From Aliivibrio fischeri ES114 (GTDB lineage: Bacteria > Pseudomonadota > Gammaproteobacteria > Enterobacterales > Vibrionaceae), in the NCBI RefSeq assembly GCF_000011805.1, contig NC_006841.2: 32,000 nucleotides of DNA; one strand, written 5' to 3'. The stretch's first letter is position 1. Every line of letters begins with the position of its first letter. The notes below the pieces were generated by a model. That model did not search any database. It was not told where the DNA came from and was given only the letters and a program-made list of their open reading frames with translations. A program made the translations under genes and the position numbers. Below are positions 18,165 through 28,164 of the stretch, one piece after another.

Positions 18165-18184
18165 ATCTTTCGATAACGAATGTA
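18165..18184 (+). promoter_or_regulatory. Candidate GlpR operator upstream of glpF
   Basis: ATCTTTCGATAACGAATGTA; core TTCGATAACGAA is a near-palindromic TTCG-N4-CGAA box of E. coli GlpR type. Confidence 0.55.
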
Positions 18185-18302
18185 GCACGCTCGTTTCTTT
18201 ATGGATTATATGGAGTAAGTAAGAGATGACTCATGGTCAGACCTGCTCGTTTGCTTGTTTTATGCTTTAGATCTTCTTTTTAGAATTCTGACACGTACTT
18301 TC

Positions 18303-18323
18303 TGTGCTCGAACGCTCATTTTG
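18303..18323 (+). promoter_or_regulatory. Variant GlpR-like box (short spacer) upstream of glpF
   Basis: TGTGCTCGAACGCTCATTTTG; shares CGCTCATTTTG with the glpD promoter element. Confidence 0.35.
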
Positions 18324-18427
18324 GTTGTGTTGATATTTTAAATATTAAGAATGAGAGTACATTTCTTGGTGCTTAACGTGAATGCTGTACCTACATATAA
18401 CGAATAAAACGCATAAAGGAATCAATC

Positions 18428-19282
18428 ATGAGACAAAATAAACAACATACCTTGTTTGGTGAATGCCTTGCAGAGTTCATTGGAACAGGGTTACTGATCT
18501 TTTTTGGTGTGGGCTGTGTTGCTGCTTTAGTGCTAACAGGAGCTGAATTTGGTCAATGGGAAGTAAGTATTATATGGGGCTTTGGCGTTGCCATTGCTAT
18601 CTATTGTACTGCGGGAGTGTCTGGTGCACATATCAATCCAGCGGTTACGATTGCACTTGCGGCTTTTCATGGCTTTGATAAGGCAAAAGTTATTCCATAT
18701 ATCATTTCACAAATGCTTGGCGCTTTTTGCTCTGCAGCATTAGTTTACTCTCTATACAGTAATTTATTTGCGGATTATGAAATCGCAAATGGTTTCCTAA
18801 GAAGCAGTGAAGCCGCATTATCCACTGCAGGTATCTTCTCAACTTATCCTCATCCCTCTTTGTCGATACTTGGTGCTTTTGCTGTTGAATTTGTAATTAC
18901 TGCTGTGCTTATGTTTGGAATTTTGGCACTAGGAGATGAGCATAATGGTGCTTCTCGTGGACCAATGAACCCATTACTTATTGGTATTTTAATCGCTGTT
19001 ATTGGTGGTTCGCTTGGGCCGCTAACTGGCTTTGCTATGAACCCAGCTCGTGATTTCGGACCAAAATTATTTGCATATCTAGCTGGATGGGATTATGCCT
19101 TAACTGGGGCGAAAGAAATTCCGTACTTTATTATTCCAATCTTAGCTCCTATTGCTGGTGCATGTTTTGGTGGTTGGGCATACCCAAAAATGATTGGTGC
19201 TTATCTACCTACGGCAGGGCAAGGTTGTACGATTCCGAATCAATGTGATAAAGATGAAGATAGTAAAACTGCTGAAGCATAA
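18428..19282 (+). CDS. glpF: Glycerol uptake facilitator (aquaglyceroporin)
   Basis: MIP family with both NPA motifs: 'SGAHINPAVTIALAAFHGF' and 'TGFAMNPARDFGPKL'; followed by glpK. Confidence 0.97.
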   Translation: MRQNKQHTLFGECLAEFIGTGLLIFFGVGCVAALVLTGAEFGQWEVSIIWGFGVAIAIYCTAGVSGAHINPAVTIALAAFHGFDKAKVIPYIISQMLGAFCSAALVYSLYSNLFADYEIANGFLRSSEAALSTAGIFSTYPHPSLSILGAFAVEFVITAVLMFGILALGDEHNGASRGPMNPLLIGILIAVIGGSLGPLTGFAMNPARDFGPKLFAYLAGWDYALTGAKEIPYFIIPILAPIAGACFGGWAYPKMIGAYLPTAGQGCTIPNQCDKDEDSKTAEA

Positions 19283-19347
19283 TTATTAGAATAAGTAATA
19301 TCTAACAAATAACACCCTACAATTAAATATAATAAAGGAAACTCATC

Positions 19348-20862
19348 ATGACTGAGCAAAAATACATTGTTGCACTTGACCAAGGTACTACCAGCTCTCG
19401 TGCTGTCATTCTTGACCACGATGCGAATATTGTCAGTGTTTCTCAGCGTGAATTTACTCAGATTTATCCAGAAGCTGGATGGGTTGAGCATGATCCACTA
19501 GAAATCTACGCAACACAAAGCTCTACACTTGTCGAAACGTTAGCAAAAGCGGGGATCCGAAGTGATCAAATCGCAGGTATCGGTATTACTAATCAGCGTG
19601 AAACAACAATTGTCTGGAATAAAGAGACGGGTAAGCCTGTATATAACGCAATTGTTTGGCAGTGTCGTCGAACTGCTGATACTTGTGAAAAATTAAAAGA
19701 AGCAGGATTAGAAGAATATATTCGTGAAAATACTGGTTTAGTTGTTGACCCATACTTTTCGGGAACCAAAATTAAGTGGATTCTAGATAACGTAGAGGGT
19801 GCACGAGAAGATGCTGAAGCAGGCAAGCTATTGTTTGGTACCGTAGATACTTGGCTTGTGTGGAAAATGACACAAGGACGCGTTCATGTGACAGATTATA
19901 CTAATGCGTCACGTACTATGGTGTTTAATATCAATACACTTCAATGGGATGAAAAACTGCTAAAAGAATTAGATATTCCACTTTCAATGATGCCTGAAGT
20001 GAAATCATCATCAGAAGTATATGGTGAAACAAACATAGGTGGTAAAGGCGGAACACGTATTCCTATTGCAGGCATTGCAGGTGATCAGCAAGCAGCACTC
20101 TATGGGCAAATGTGTGTTGAACAAGGTCAAGCAAAAAATACCTATGGAACTGGTTGCTTCTTGTTAATGAATACTGGAAAAGAAAAAGTAACCTCTCGTA
20201 ATGGCCTACTAACTACATTAGCTTGTGGTCCTAGAGGTGAAGCATCTTATGCCCTTGAAGGTGCAGTGTTTATGGGCGGGGCTTCTATCCAATGGTTACG
20301 TGATGAGATGAAATTATTGGCCGATGCTAAAGATTCAGAGTATTTTGCGACCAAAGTAGACACCTCTAATGGTGTATATGTTGTTCCTGCTTTTACTGGT
20401 CTTGGCGCGCCATATTGGGATGCTTATGCACGCGGTACGATTGTAGGCTTAACTCGTGGTTGTGGCTCTAACCATATTATTCGTGCAACGCTAGAAAGTA
20501 TTGCTTATCAAACTCGTGATGTAATTGATGCTATGCAGGCGGATTCCGGCATTAAATTATCTGCACTTCGTGTTGATGGTGGTGCGGTAGCGAATAATTT
20601 CTTAATGCAATTCCAATCGGATGTTTTAGATGTTGCGGTTCATCGTCCAAAAGTTACTGAAGTAACGGCTCTTGGTGCGGCATATCTTGCTGGTCTAGCG
20701 GTCGGTTTCTGGAATGGTTTAGATGAGCTAGCAGATAAGGCCGTCATTGATCGTTCGTTTGAACCACATCATGATGAGGAGAAACGTAATCAGCGTTATC
20801 GTGGTTGGAAACGAGCAGTAAAATGTGCGCAAGCTTGGGCAGAGTTACATGATGAAGAGTAA
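19348..20862 (+). CDS. glpK: Glycerol kinase
   Basis: '[21 protein letters not shown]', '[11 protein letters not shown]', '[16 protein letters not shown]', '[26 protein letters not shown]'. Confidence 0.98.
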   Translation: MTEQKYIVALDQGTTSSRAVILDHDANIVSVSQREFTQIYPEAGWVEHDPLEIYATQSSTLVETLAKAGIRSDQIAGIGITNQRETTIVWNKETGKPVYNAIVWQCRRTADTCEKLKEAGLEEYIRENTGLVVDPYFSGTKIKWILDNVEGAREDAEAGKLLFGTVDTWLVWKMTQGRVHVTDYTNASRTMVFNINTLQWDEKLLKELDIPLSMMPEVKSSSEVYGETNIGGKGGTRIPIAGIAGDQQAALYGQMCVEQGQAKNTYGTGCFLLMNTGKEKVTSRNGLLTTLACGPRGEASYALEGAVFMGGASIQWLRDEMKLLADAKDSEYFATKVDTSNGVYVVPAFTGLGAPYWDAYARGTIVGLTRGCGSNHIIRATLESIAYQTRDVIDAMQADSGIKLSALRVDGGAVANNFLMQFQSDVLDVAVHRPKVTEVTALGAAYLAGLAVGFWNGLDELADKAVIDRSFEPHHDEEKRNQRYRGWKRAVKCAQAWAELHDEE

Positions 20863-20890
20863 TTAATCTAATTTGCTGTTAAATTATACA

Positions 20891-20921
20891 AAAGGAGCAC
20901 ATATATTGTGCTCCTTTTTTT
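20891..20921 (+). terminator. Rho-independent terminator after glpK, likely bidirectional
   Basis: AAAGGAGCAC-ATATATT-GTGCTCCTTT followed by T-run; complementary side also gives TTTTG. Confidence 0.9.
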
Positions 20922-20931
20922 ATGACGAAGT

Positions 20932-23715
20932 TTATTGTGTTTCATACTTCTCTAATAATCGAGATGCTTGTTGAATATTAATTTTTAGTAAATTTATCAA
21001 TTGCTGAACATCTTCTAGCTTCGGCATGTTTTTTTTCTTCGCGCATAGCTCAATTGAGGTTGCTATTTTTATTAAGCGTGAGGCACTGAAATTAGAAGCC
21101 ATACCTTTTATCGAGTGAGCATTAAATCGAATTGATTTTATATCCTTCCTTTCAAACGCAGTGATGATTTCTGTGATGTTTTCTTCTGATGTATCGATAA
21201 ATGATTGTAAAAATACACAAATAATTTCGCTATCAGTACCACAAATATCTTGTATTGAAGTCAGTTTTATTTCCGCTTCAGTTAGTGCATCATCTGAAAG
21301 TTTATATTTAGAAGGGCGTTTCAATTCTATGATATTGCTATTTTTTTCTTGAGTGGGGTACGACGTTCTTTTTTGTTGGATGATTGCATCTTGATATTGT
21401 TTGATTGCGCCAATGAAATCATTTTCTTGTAATGGTTTAGTTAAGACATAGTTTGCTCCTGCTTTTAAAAAGTTATCATGTGCTTTTTGAAAGGCATTTG
21501 CTGTGTAAGCAAAAATAACCGTTGAGATTTTTAATTTTTCTCTGATTATTTTTGTGGCTAAAATACCGTCCATTACAGGCATATGGTTATCCATGATAAT
21601 TAAATCGAAATGCGTTTCTTTTAATTTGTCGATGGCAACTTTTCCATTTTCTGCAATGATCGCCTTATGTCCTAGTCGTTGACAAAACATCTGAGCGACC
21701 AATGCATTAATTTTATTATCTTCAGCGATTAATATGGACAAATTTGCCATTGGAATAGGATTTGTTGATTTACTTTGTCCTGATGGTAGTAGGGCATCGT
21801 TATCTTTTAATTGTTTTGATTTGGTTATATCAAGAGGCAGAACTAAAGTAAAACAAGACCCTTTTCCTTCAGAGCTGCTGACTGAAATATATCCTCTCAT
21901 TATATCGGTTAATTGTTTTACAATGGCAAGACCTAACCCTGTACCACCATACTGGCGCGTGGTGCTAGCTTCAGCTTGAATATAGGGTTCAAATATGTGT
22001 TTTAGTCGGTTTTCTCGTATGCCTACACCTGTATCTTTAATTTTTATTTGAACAGCTTGTTTACCTTTACCTGTTAGAGTATGGCTAAAATTAAGAGTAA
22101 TGCTTCCCTCATGAGTGAATTTCACTGCGTTGCTGATTAAATTAAAAATAATTTGTCGTATACGAGGTTTATCGCCAATGAAAACTATTTCATTGTTAAT
22201 CTTATTATCAATAATAAATTTAAGCCCTTTATTTTCACAAACTGATAGATAAGTATTAGTGATAGGTTCAATTATATCAACAAAGTAAAAAGAAGCATGA
22301 TTAAGTTCTAGTTTATTTTGTTCTATTTTTGAAAAGTCTAATATTTCATTGAGCAAAAATAGCAAATGGTCGCCTGATTCCAGTAGCATTTTTATTTGTT
22401 TATGCTGCTCTTTATCTTTTATATTACTTTCAATAATTTGAGCCATTCCCAATATACCATTAAGAGGTGTCCTTAACTCATGGCTCATAGTTGCTAAAAA
22501 CGTAGATTTAGCTCTATTTGAAACATCGGCTTTATTTGCTGCTTTTATTAACTTATCTTCTAGTTCTTTTTTTTTAGTGATGTCTCTTTCTACGGCAATG
22601 TAGTGCATGATATTGCCATTAGGTTCCAAAATTGGAGTTATGGATACATCTATCCAGAATAAAGTTCCATCTTTATGATGATTTGTTAATTCAAAAGATA
22701 TGGATGTTCCTGTTTCTAAGGATTGAAGCAAGATAATAATATTGGCATGTTTTATTTTATCTAACTGCAGAATTGATGGAAGATCTTTACCTTCAATATC
22801 CTCTAATGTATTACCGGATAAAGCAGAATAACTTTGGTTTATCCAAGTTAACCTGCCTTGTTTGTCCAAAATGAATATTGCGTCATGAGCATACTCGGCA
22901 ACGAGCGCTAATTTTGCTTTTTCTTTTTCAGAGCGGATTAATTCCCTTTTTATAGTTAATGTTTTTATAAGTTTATCATTAAGACGAATATAAAAATAAA
23001 GTGCTATACAACAAAGTAAAAATAAGGTTGTTATAAATAATTGAGTTTTTATCGTTTCAGATTGGGTTATCCAATAAGCATTTTGCTTTGTAAGTGTTTG
23101 CTTTACTGTACTGTCGATACTTTGTTCTTTTGGTTTTGACTCAATACGTTTACGCAGTTTTATGTAGTTGGGTAAGCTAGTGAAATCAGAATCATTGATT
23201 GCAGTGTCTGATAAAGCAATTTCTTTAGGTAAAGTTCTATGTAAGGTTAATTGAGAAGTTAGATATTTATCCTCAACATTTTGTACGTTATTTGTTAATT
23301 GTTTTTCTAATAAAAAAATAGTGTGGATTGTGTATTCTTTGAATACTTTTAGTTTAAGTAAAGATTCAAGATCGGTGACAATCACAACGATATTGGAATA
23401 AGTATTTTGAGAAACAAATACTTGGCTATCACTAATTAGAAAAAACTCTAACCAAGAAGCAGTACGACGATTATACAAAAATGAAGCTTGCAGCTCACTA
23501 TCAACGAGTAGCGAAGCATACTCATCGTACGTTTTACTGTCTTGATGATTAAAGTGATAAATATTTTCACGTGATTGAATTATATTATGTGATGGTGTTA
23601 AATAGGCCCGCTGATATTGTTTTACAGGATGGTTCCTCGTGAGCATGAGATAAATGATAATTAATGTGCAAGTAATGATTGTGATAAGGCTATAACGTAA
23701 TAATTGATTTTTCAT
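20932..23715 (-). CDS. Hybrid sensor histidine kinase (two TMs, PAS, HisKA, HATPase_c, REC, HPt)
   Basis: 927 aa: TMs 'YSLITIITCTLIIIYLML' and 'LFITTLFLLCCIALYFYI'; PAS 'EYAHDAIFILDKQGRLTWINQSYSALSG'; 'KSTFLATMSHELRTPLNGILGM'; REC 'ILIAEDNKINALVAQ...LIIMDNHMPVMDG...VLTKPL'; HPt 'RFNAHSIKGMASNFSASRL'. Confidence 0.95.
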   Translation of the reverse strand: MKNQLLRYSLITIITCTLIIIYLMLTRNHPVKQYQRAYLTPSHNIIQSRENIYHFNHQDSKTYDEYASLLVDSELQASFLYNRRTASWLEFFLISDSQVFVSQNTYSNIVVIVTDLESLLKLKVFKEYTIHTIFLLEKQLTNNVQNVEDKYLTSQLTLHRTLPKEIALSDTAINDSDFTSLPNYIKLRKRIESKPKEQSIDSTVKQTLTKQNAYWITQSETIKTQLFITTLFLLCCIALYFYIRLNDKLIKTLTIKRELIRSEKEKAKLALVAEYAHDAIFILDKQGRLTWINQSYSALSGNTLEDIEGKDLPSILQLDKIKHANIIILLQSLETGTSISFELTNHHKDGTLFWIDVSITPILEPNGNIMHYIAVERDITKKKELEDKLIKAANKADVSNRAKSTFLATMSHELRTPLNGILGMAQIIESNIKDKEQHKQIKMLLESGDHLLFLLNEILDFSKIEQNKLELNHASFYFVDIIEPITNTYLSVCENKGLKFIIDNKINNEIVFIGDKPRIRQIIFNLISNAVKFTHEGSITLNFSHTLTGKGKQAVQIKIKDTGVGIRENRLKHIFEPYIQAEASTTRQYGGTGLGLAIVKQLTDIMRGYISVSSSEGKGSCFTLVLPLDITKSKQLKDNDALLPSGQSKSTNPIPMANLSILIAEDNKINALVAQMFCQRLGHKAIIAENGKVAIDKLKETHFDLIIMDNHMPVMDGILATKIIREKLKISTVIFAYTANAFQKAHDNFLKAGANYVLTKPLQENDFIGAIKQYQDAIIQQKRTSYPTQEKNSNIIELKRPSKYKLSDDALTEAEIKLTSIQDICGTDSEIICVFLQSFIDTSEENITEIITAFERKDIKSIRFNAHSIKGMASNFSASRLIKIATSIELCAKKKNMPKLEDVQQLINLLKINIQQASRLLEKYETQ

Positions 23716-24067
23716 TGCATTAGCTCCTATAAAATAGTCTGTTTGGAGCTATGAGTGTATTTTAAGAAAGCACTTATTTTTACAATCGTCATTGGTGCTA
23801 ATTGGCCTAGCTTTTGATATTTAATAATTGATGGTTAATTGTCATCTATTTCAAAAGGTTATGGATAGAACTCTCTATTTGTTTTTCTAAACTTGTAGCT
23901 CATTCGTCTAAAAAAATCGAGTGTTAAGGTCCATACTAAATATGGTAGGGGAGTTTCTTGAGTTGATTCCACTCTGCTATATAACTGGTGGTGACAAGAG
24001 TGCAATTTGAATACAACTTGGTGTCTATAAATAGCTTAAGTCCAAGCTTTCTTCACATGTTGTAGAA

Positions 24068-24111
24068 AATGCTCGATTAAGCGTATTCAAGAACATTCGA
24101 ATTCGGTACGT
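24068..24111 (+). promoter_or_regulatory. Two candidate GlpR half/core boxes upstream of glpR
   Basis: AATGCTCGAT (24068-24077) and ATTCGAATTCG (24095-24105). Confidence 0.3.
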
Positions 24112-24181
24112 TTTCAATTTGTATAAGATCTACTCTAATTTAGAGATTTTTTATCAATTGTGTTTTCTTTTCCGAACTTTA

Positions 24182-24197
24182 ATTGATATATATCACG
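24182..24197 (+). promoter_or_regulatory. Candidate CRP-like site upstream of glpR
   Basis: ATTGA-TATATA-TCACG resembles TGTGA-N6-TCACA. Confidence 0.3.
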
Positions 24198-24296
24198 CAT
24201 ATTCATCGCAATTATTTCCAATTTTATGAGCTTCTTTGTACACTTTATTGAGTAAAATATTAAGTTGTTGATTGTTCGTAATTAGGGGAGTAATTC

Positions 24297-25064
24297 GTGA
24301 AGCAATTATCAAGACATCAAGAAATCGTAAACTTAGTCCAGCAACACGGATACGTCAGTACTGAAGATTTAGTTGAACAATTTAAAGTTAGTCCACAAAC
24401 CATTCGTCGTGATTTAAATGAATTAGCCGATGAAAATAAAATTCGTCGTCATCATGGTGGCGCGACCATTCCTCTTAGTTCAGTTAATACAGCCTATACA
24501 ACACGTAAGGTAATGCAACTAAATGAAAAAGACACAATTGCAGAGGCATTAGCAAAGCATATACCTGACGGTGCGACCTTGTTTATTGATATTGGAACAA
24601 CACCTGAATCAGTCGCTAAAGCATTAGTAAAAAACCATAAAGACCTACGTGTTGTTACTAACAATATCAATGTTGCTATGATTTTAATGGCAAATCCAGA
24701 CTTTAAAGTGATTTTAGCTGGTGGGGAAGTTCGTAATCGTGATGGTGGAATTGTAGGTGAAGCAACATTAGATTTTATTAAACAATTCCGTTTAGATTTT
24801 GGTATTTTGGGGATCAGTGGTATTGACTATGATGGGTCACTACTGGATTTTGATTATCATGAAGTTAGAGTAAAGAAAGCGATTATTGAAAACAGTCGTA
24901 GTGTTTACCTTGCTGTGGATCATACGAAATTTGGCCGTAATGCTATGGTTAATTTAGGTAGCATTACTGAATTACATATGATTATCACAGATCAAGAACC
25001 ACCAGAAGAAATCGTCACGATTTTAAAAGATAATGAAATTCCTTATGAAGTAATTTCAAAGTAG
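24297..25064 (+). CDS. glpR: DeoR-family glycerol-3-phosphate regulon repressor
   Basis: GTG start with AGGGGAG. 'HGYVSTEDLVEQFKVSPQTIRRDLNELADENKIRRHHGGATIPLSSVNT', 'FRLDFGILGISGIDYDGSLLDFDYHEVR'. Confidence 0.96.
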   Translation: MKQLSRHQEIVNLVQQHGYVSTEDLVEQFKVSPQTIRRDLNELADENKIRRHHGGATIPLSSVNTAYTTRKVMQLNEKDTIAEALAKHIPDGATLFIDIGTTPESVAKALVKNHKDLRVVTNNINVAMILMANPDFKVILAGGEVRNRDGGIVGEATLDFIKQFRLDFGILGISGIDYDGSLLDFDYHEVRVKKAIIENSRSVYLAVDHTKFGRNAMVNLGSITELHMIITDQEPPEEIVTILKDNEIPYEVISK

Positions 25065-25087
25065 CTCTCATTTCTGACGAATAAACG

Positions 25088-25120
25088 ATCCCTGTTCTTG
25101 ATTAAGATCAGGGATTTTTT
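25088..25120 (+). terminator. Rho-independent terminator after glpR
   Basis: ATCCCTG...CAGGGAT followed by T-run. Confidence 0.8.
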
Positions 25121-25137
25121 ATATCTGCATCACACTA

Positions 25138-25157
25138 AATGTTCGAAATCGAAAATA
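25138..25157 (+). promoter_or_regulatory. Candidate GlpR operator upstream of glpD
   Basis: AATGTTCGAAATCGAAAATA; TTCG-N4-CGAA-type inverted repeat about 85 bp before the glpD start. Confidence 0.6.
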
Positions 25158-25205
25158 TAAAGTGACTCTAAACGAAAGTTAAGCTATCGTATTTTTATCG
25201 TTAGT

Positions 25206-25226
25206 AATGTTCGTTCGCTCATTTTG
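25206..25226 (+). promoter_or_regulatory. Variant GlpR-like box (short spacer) upstream of glpD
   Basis: AATGTTCGTTCGCTCATTTTG; palindromic AATGNNCG-TT-CGNNCATT. Confidence 0.4.
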
Positions 25227-25241
25227 TGTAAAGGTTAGACT

Positions 25242-26789
25242 ATGAATAATGAAAACAAAACTCATATAGCCGATTCAGTTTTAGACGTCATTGTTGTTGG
25301 TGGTGGTATTAATGGCGCAGGTATTGCTGCAGATGCCGCTGGCCGGGGCTTAACCGTTGGTTTATATGAAGCATCTGATTTTGCTTCTGCAACTTCATCG
25401 GCAAGTTCAAAGCTCATTCATGGAGGATTAAGATATTTAGAACATTATGAGTTCCGTCTAGTTTCTGAGGCATTAGCAGAACGTGAAGTGCTATTAGCTA
25501 AAGCACCACATATAGCTAAGCCAATGCGCTTTCGTTTACCCCATCGTCCATTTTTACGCCCAGCATGGATGATCCGTGCTGGTCTTTTCCTTTACGATAA
25601 TTTGGGCAAACGAACAACACTTCCTGCTAGCCATTCAGTTGATCTTGCTGCTTCAGGCTTGCTTAAAAGTGAAATAACAAAAGGCTTTGAATATTCGGAT
25701 TGTTGGGTAGATGATGCTCGTTTAGTTATTTTAAATGCGATGGCCGCAGAAAAAAATGGGGCTGAAGTTAAAAACTATTGCCGAGTAGAAAAGGCGATTC
25801 GTGTTGATAATATTTGGCATGTAACGGTTTTTGACGTGCAAGCGAATGTTCGCTTTGAACGTAAAGCTAGAGCTTTGGTCAACGCTGCTGGACCGTGGGT
25901 AAAACAGTTTTTTGATGACAGTTTAGAAGATGAGTCTCCTCGCAATATTCGCTTAGTAAAAGGCTCACATATTGTTGTGCCTAAAATTCATAATGAAGAG
26001 CAAGCGTATATTTTACAAAATAAAGATAATCGCATTGTGTTTGTTATTCCTTATATGGAAGATTTTTCAATTATTGGTACTACCGATGTTGAATATAAAG
26101 GTGATCCAAGAAAAGTAGAAATTTCTGAAGAAGAAGTTAATTATCTTATTGATGTTGTTAATCAACACTTTGTTGATCAAATAAAACGTGATGATGTTGT
26201 TTGGACTTATAGTGGCGTACGACCACTGTGTGATGATGAATCAGATTCACCTCAAGCGATTACCCGAGATTATACGTTAGAATTAGAGCAAGAGTTAGAT
26301 CAAGCTCCATTACTCTCCATTTTTGGTGGCAAATTAACGACCTATCGTAAGTTAGGTGAAACGGCGATGAAAATGTTGAACCCATATTTTGCTAAAATGG
26401 GGACGCCATGGACCAGAAATGTTGCATTACCTGGAGGGGATTTTGATTATCCTCGACATCAACTGGTCGATAATATCTGTTGTAAACATCCATGGTTGGC
26501 TAAAGAAACCGTGACACGTTATGTTAATCAATTTGGAACATTAACATGGACTTTATTAGAGGGTATTGAGTGTCAATCTGATATGGGAGAGTTGTTTGCT
26601 CAAGGCGTTTATCAGGCTGAAATTGACTATTTAATTAAACATGAATTTGCTAAGAATGCAGAAGATGTTCTATGGAGAAGAACTAAACTTGGTCTATATT
26701 TGACAGAAGAAGAAGAGAAACAAATAGCGTTATATATCGAAAGTTATTTAAGCCATAGACATAAAGTAAAACTTCAAAATGTGATATAA
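25242..26789 (+). CDS. glpD: Aerobic glycerol-3-phosphate dehydrogenase
   Basis: FAD-binding 'DVIVVGGGINGAGIAADAAGRGLTVGLYEASDFASATSSASSKLIHGGLRYLEHYEFRLV' and 'GGKLTTYRKLGE'. Confidence 0.98.
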   Translation: MNNENKTHIADSVLDVIVVGGGINGAGIAADAAGRGLTVGLYEASDFASATSSASSKLIHGGLRYLEHYEFRLVSEALAEREVLLAKAPHIAKPMRFRLPHRPFLRPAWMIRAGLFLYDNLGKRTTLPASHSVDLAASGLLKSEITKGFEYSDCWVDDARLVILNAMAAEKNGAEVKNYCRVEKAIRVDNIWHVTVFDVQANVRFERKARALVNAAGPWVKQFFDDSLEDESPRNIRLVKGSHIVVPKIHNEEQAYILQNKDNRIVFVIPYMEDFSIIGTTDVEYKGDPRKVEISEEEVNYLIDVVNQHFVDQIKRDDVVWTYSGVRPLCDDESDSPQAITRDYTLELEQELDQAPLLSIFGGKLTTYRKLGETAMKMLNPYFAKMGTPWTRNVALPGGDFDYPRHQLVDNICCKHPWLAKETVTRYVNQFGTLTWTLLEGIECQSDMGELFAQGVYQAEIDYLIKHEFAKNAEDVLWRRTKLGLYLTEEEEKQIALYIESYLSHRHKVKLQNVI

Positions 26790-26792
26790 ACG

Positions 26793-26820
26793 AAAGCAGC
26801 CACGATTGGCTGCTTTTTTT
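26793..26820 (+). terminator. Rho-independent terminator after glpD
   Basis: AAAGCAGCCA-CGAT-TGGCTGCTTT plus T-run; reaches the stop codon of the convergent gene. Confidence 0.92.
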
Positions 26821-27940
26821 ATGTATGCTTATAAGCAATGTATGAAATGTTCATTTCATCATTAAAATAATAACTTATGTTTTTAGATATAGGGTATGAA
26901 TAACTATAAGATTGTTTTTCTCTAGGGCCTGATAGCAGGTTGTATGCATAAGTCATTTTACTATTCTTTACCATACCAAATTGAAATCGTAGTGAAAGCA
27001 GATTATCGTCATCAATTTTTTTTATTAAATATTTATGATGATTTTTATTCTTTATTGGGGTTATTTTATTGACTGAGGCATAGCCAAACCCTCCAGAATA
27101 GCCAGACTCTTTGATATAAGTTGTCTTTTTTGAAAAATAATCATTGTTGTTTGTTTTTTCTAAGTCAAAGTTTATAAATAACTCCCCATTATATTTTTTG
27201 TTATTTAACGATCTTAATTGTATTTCTGCTGATAACGAAGTTAATTTATCTTTTTTCACTAATAATAAATCCATATCATCATCAAATTTAACATTAGATA
27301 TTAAATCTGCCATCTTAATCGGTGTTGATTCTTTTTTAAAATAAATGGCATTATAAACGTTAATACATATATTTTTTTTAAGCTTGCATGCTGAAATTGA
27401 GATGAAATTATTTTGATTATTTATAAAATATTTAACATCATCTTCTAATTTCAGATTGCTAGTATCGAATTTATTTGATGCAGATGTAGTTACTATATTA
27501 TTATTTATTTTTTTGAATTTGAACGATGTCAGTTTTTCATTTCCTAAATTAGAAACTGGGTATTCTAATATTAGTATAGATATCATGCTTAAAAACAAAA
27601 CTAAAGCAGAGTACATTCCCATACCTTGCTCTTGAACGAGATGTGCAGCTTTGTACCCTTTACCTTTTACTGTTTCGATTGGTTCTAAGCCATGCATGCT
27701 TAACTTCTTACGCAGCAAGGAGATAGCTTGCGGAACGACTGATGAATGACATTTAATTTCTTTACACCATGAATGGTTACGAATCTCTTCTTTACTAAAG
27801 ATAACGGTAGGATTTTGTATCAGTAAAGATAGAATATTTCGTTCTACTGAGTTTAACTTTATTTCCTTATTACTTTTTGTGATGATCTTTTTTTCATTTA
27901 TCAGTAATGTGAAATTATGAAATTTAATTTTATTAGACAT
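26819..27940 (-). CDS. ToxR/CadC-like transmembrane winged-helix regulator
   Basis: 373 aa: 'IKLNSVERNILSLLIQNPTVIFSKEEIRNHSW...SSVVPQAISLLRKKLSMHGLEPIETVKGKGYKA', TM 'MGMYSALVLFLSMISILIL', ~240 aa periplasmic domain with Cys pair CKLKKNIC. Confidence 0.88.
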   Translation of the reverse strand: MSNKIKFHNFTLLINEKKIITKSNKEIKLNSVERNILSLLIQNPTVIFSKEEIRNHSWCKEIKCHSSVVPQAISLLRKKLSMHGLEPIETVKGKGYKAAHLVQEQGMGMYSALVLFLSMISILILEYPVSNLGNEKLTSFKFKKINNNIVTTSASNKFDTSNLKLEDDVKYFINNQNNFISISACKLKKNICINVYNAIYFKKESTPIKMADLISNVKFDDDMDLLLVKKDKLTSLSAEIQLRSLNNKKYNGELFINFDLEKTNNNDYFSKKTTYIKESGYSGGFGYASVNKITPIKNKNHHKYLIKKIDDDNLLSLRFQFGMVKNSKMTYAYNLLSGPREKQSYSYSYPISKNISYYFNDEMNISYIAYKHT

Positions 27941-28164
27941 TGTAATCCCTATATTCTAAATGACCTATGATTCTCAAATATGATATTTAAAATGTCTATG
28001 ATTATTAGGGATTATCTTTAGATTAATTTGATTATATAGAATTCTATTTAAGTGCTTTATTGGTTTTTATTTTTTTTCATTTTTTTATTTCTAACGATGT
28101 CGCAGTTATGAGAGGATGGAATTCTGTTACTTATTTAATCGATATATTTTATAAGGATATTTAT

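Noticed and set aside
19240-19491. Minus-strand ORF across the glpF-glpK junction
   Set aside because: Overlaps both conserved genes and the protein has no recognisable features.
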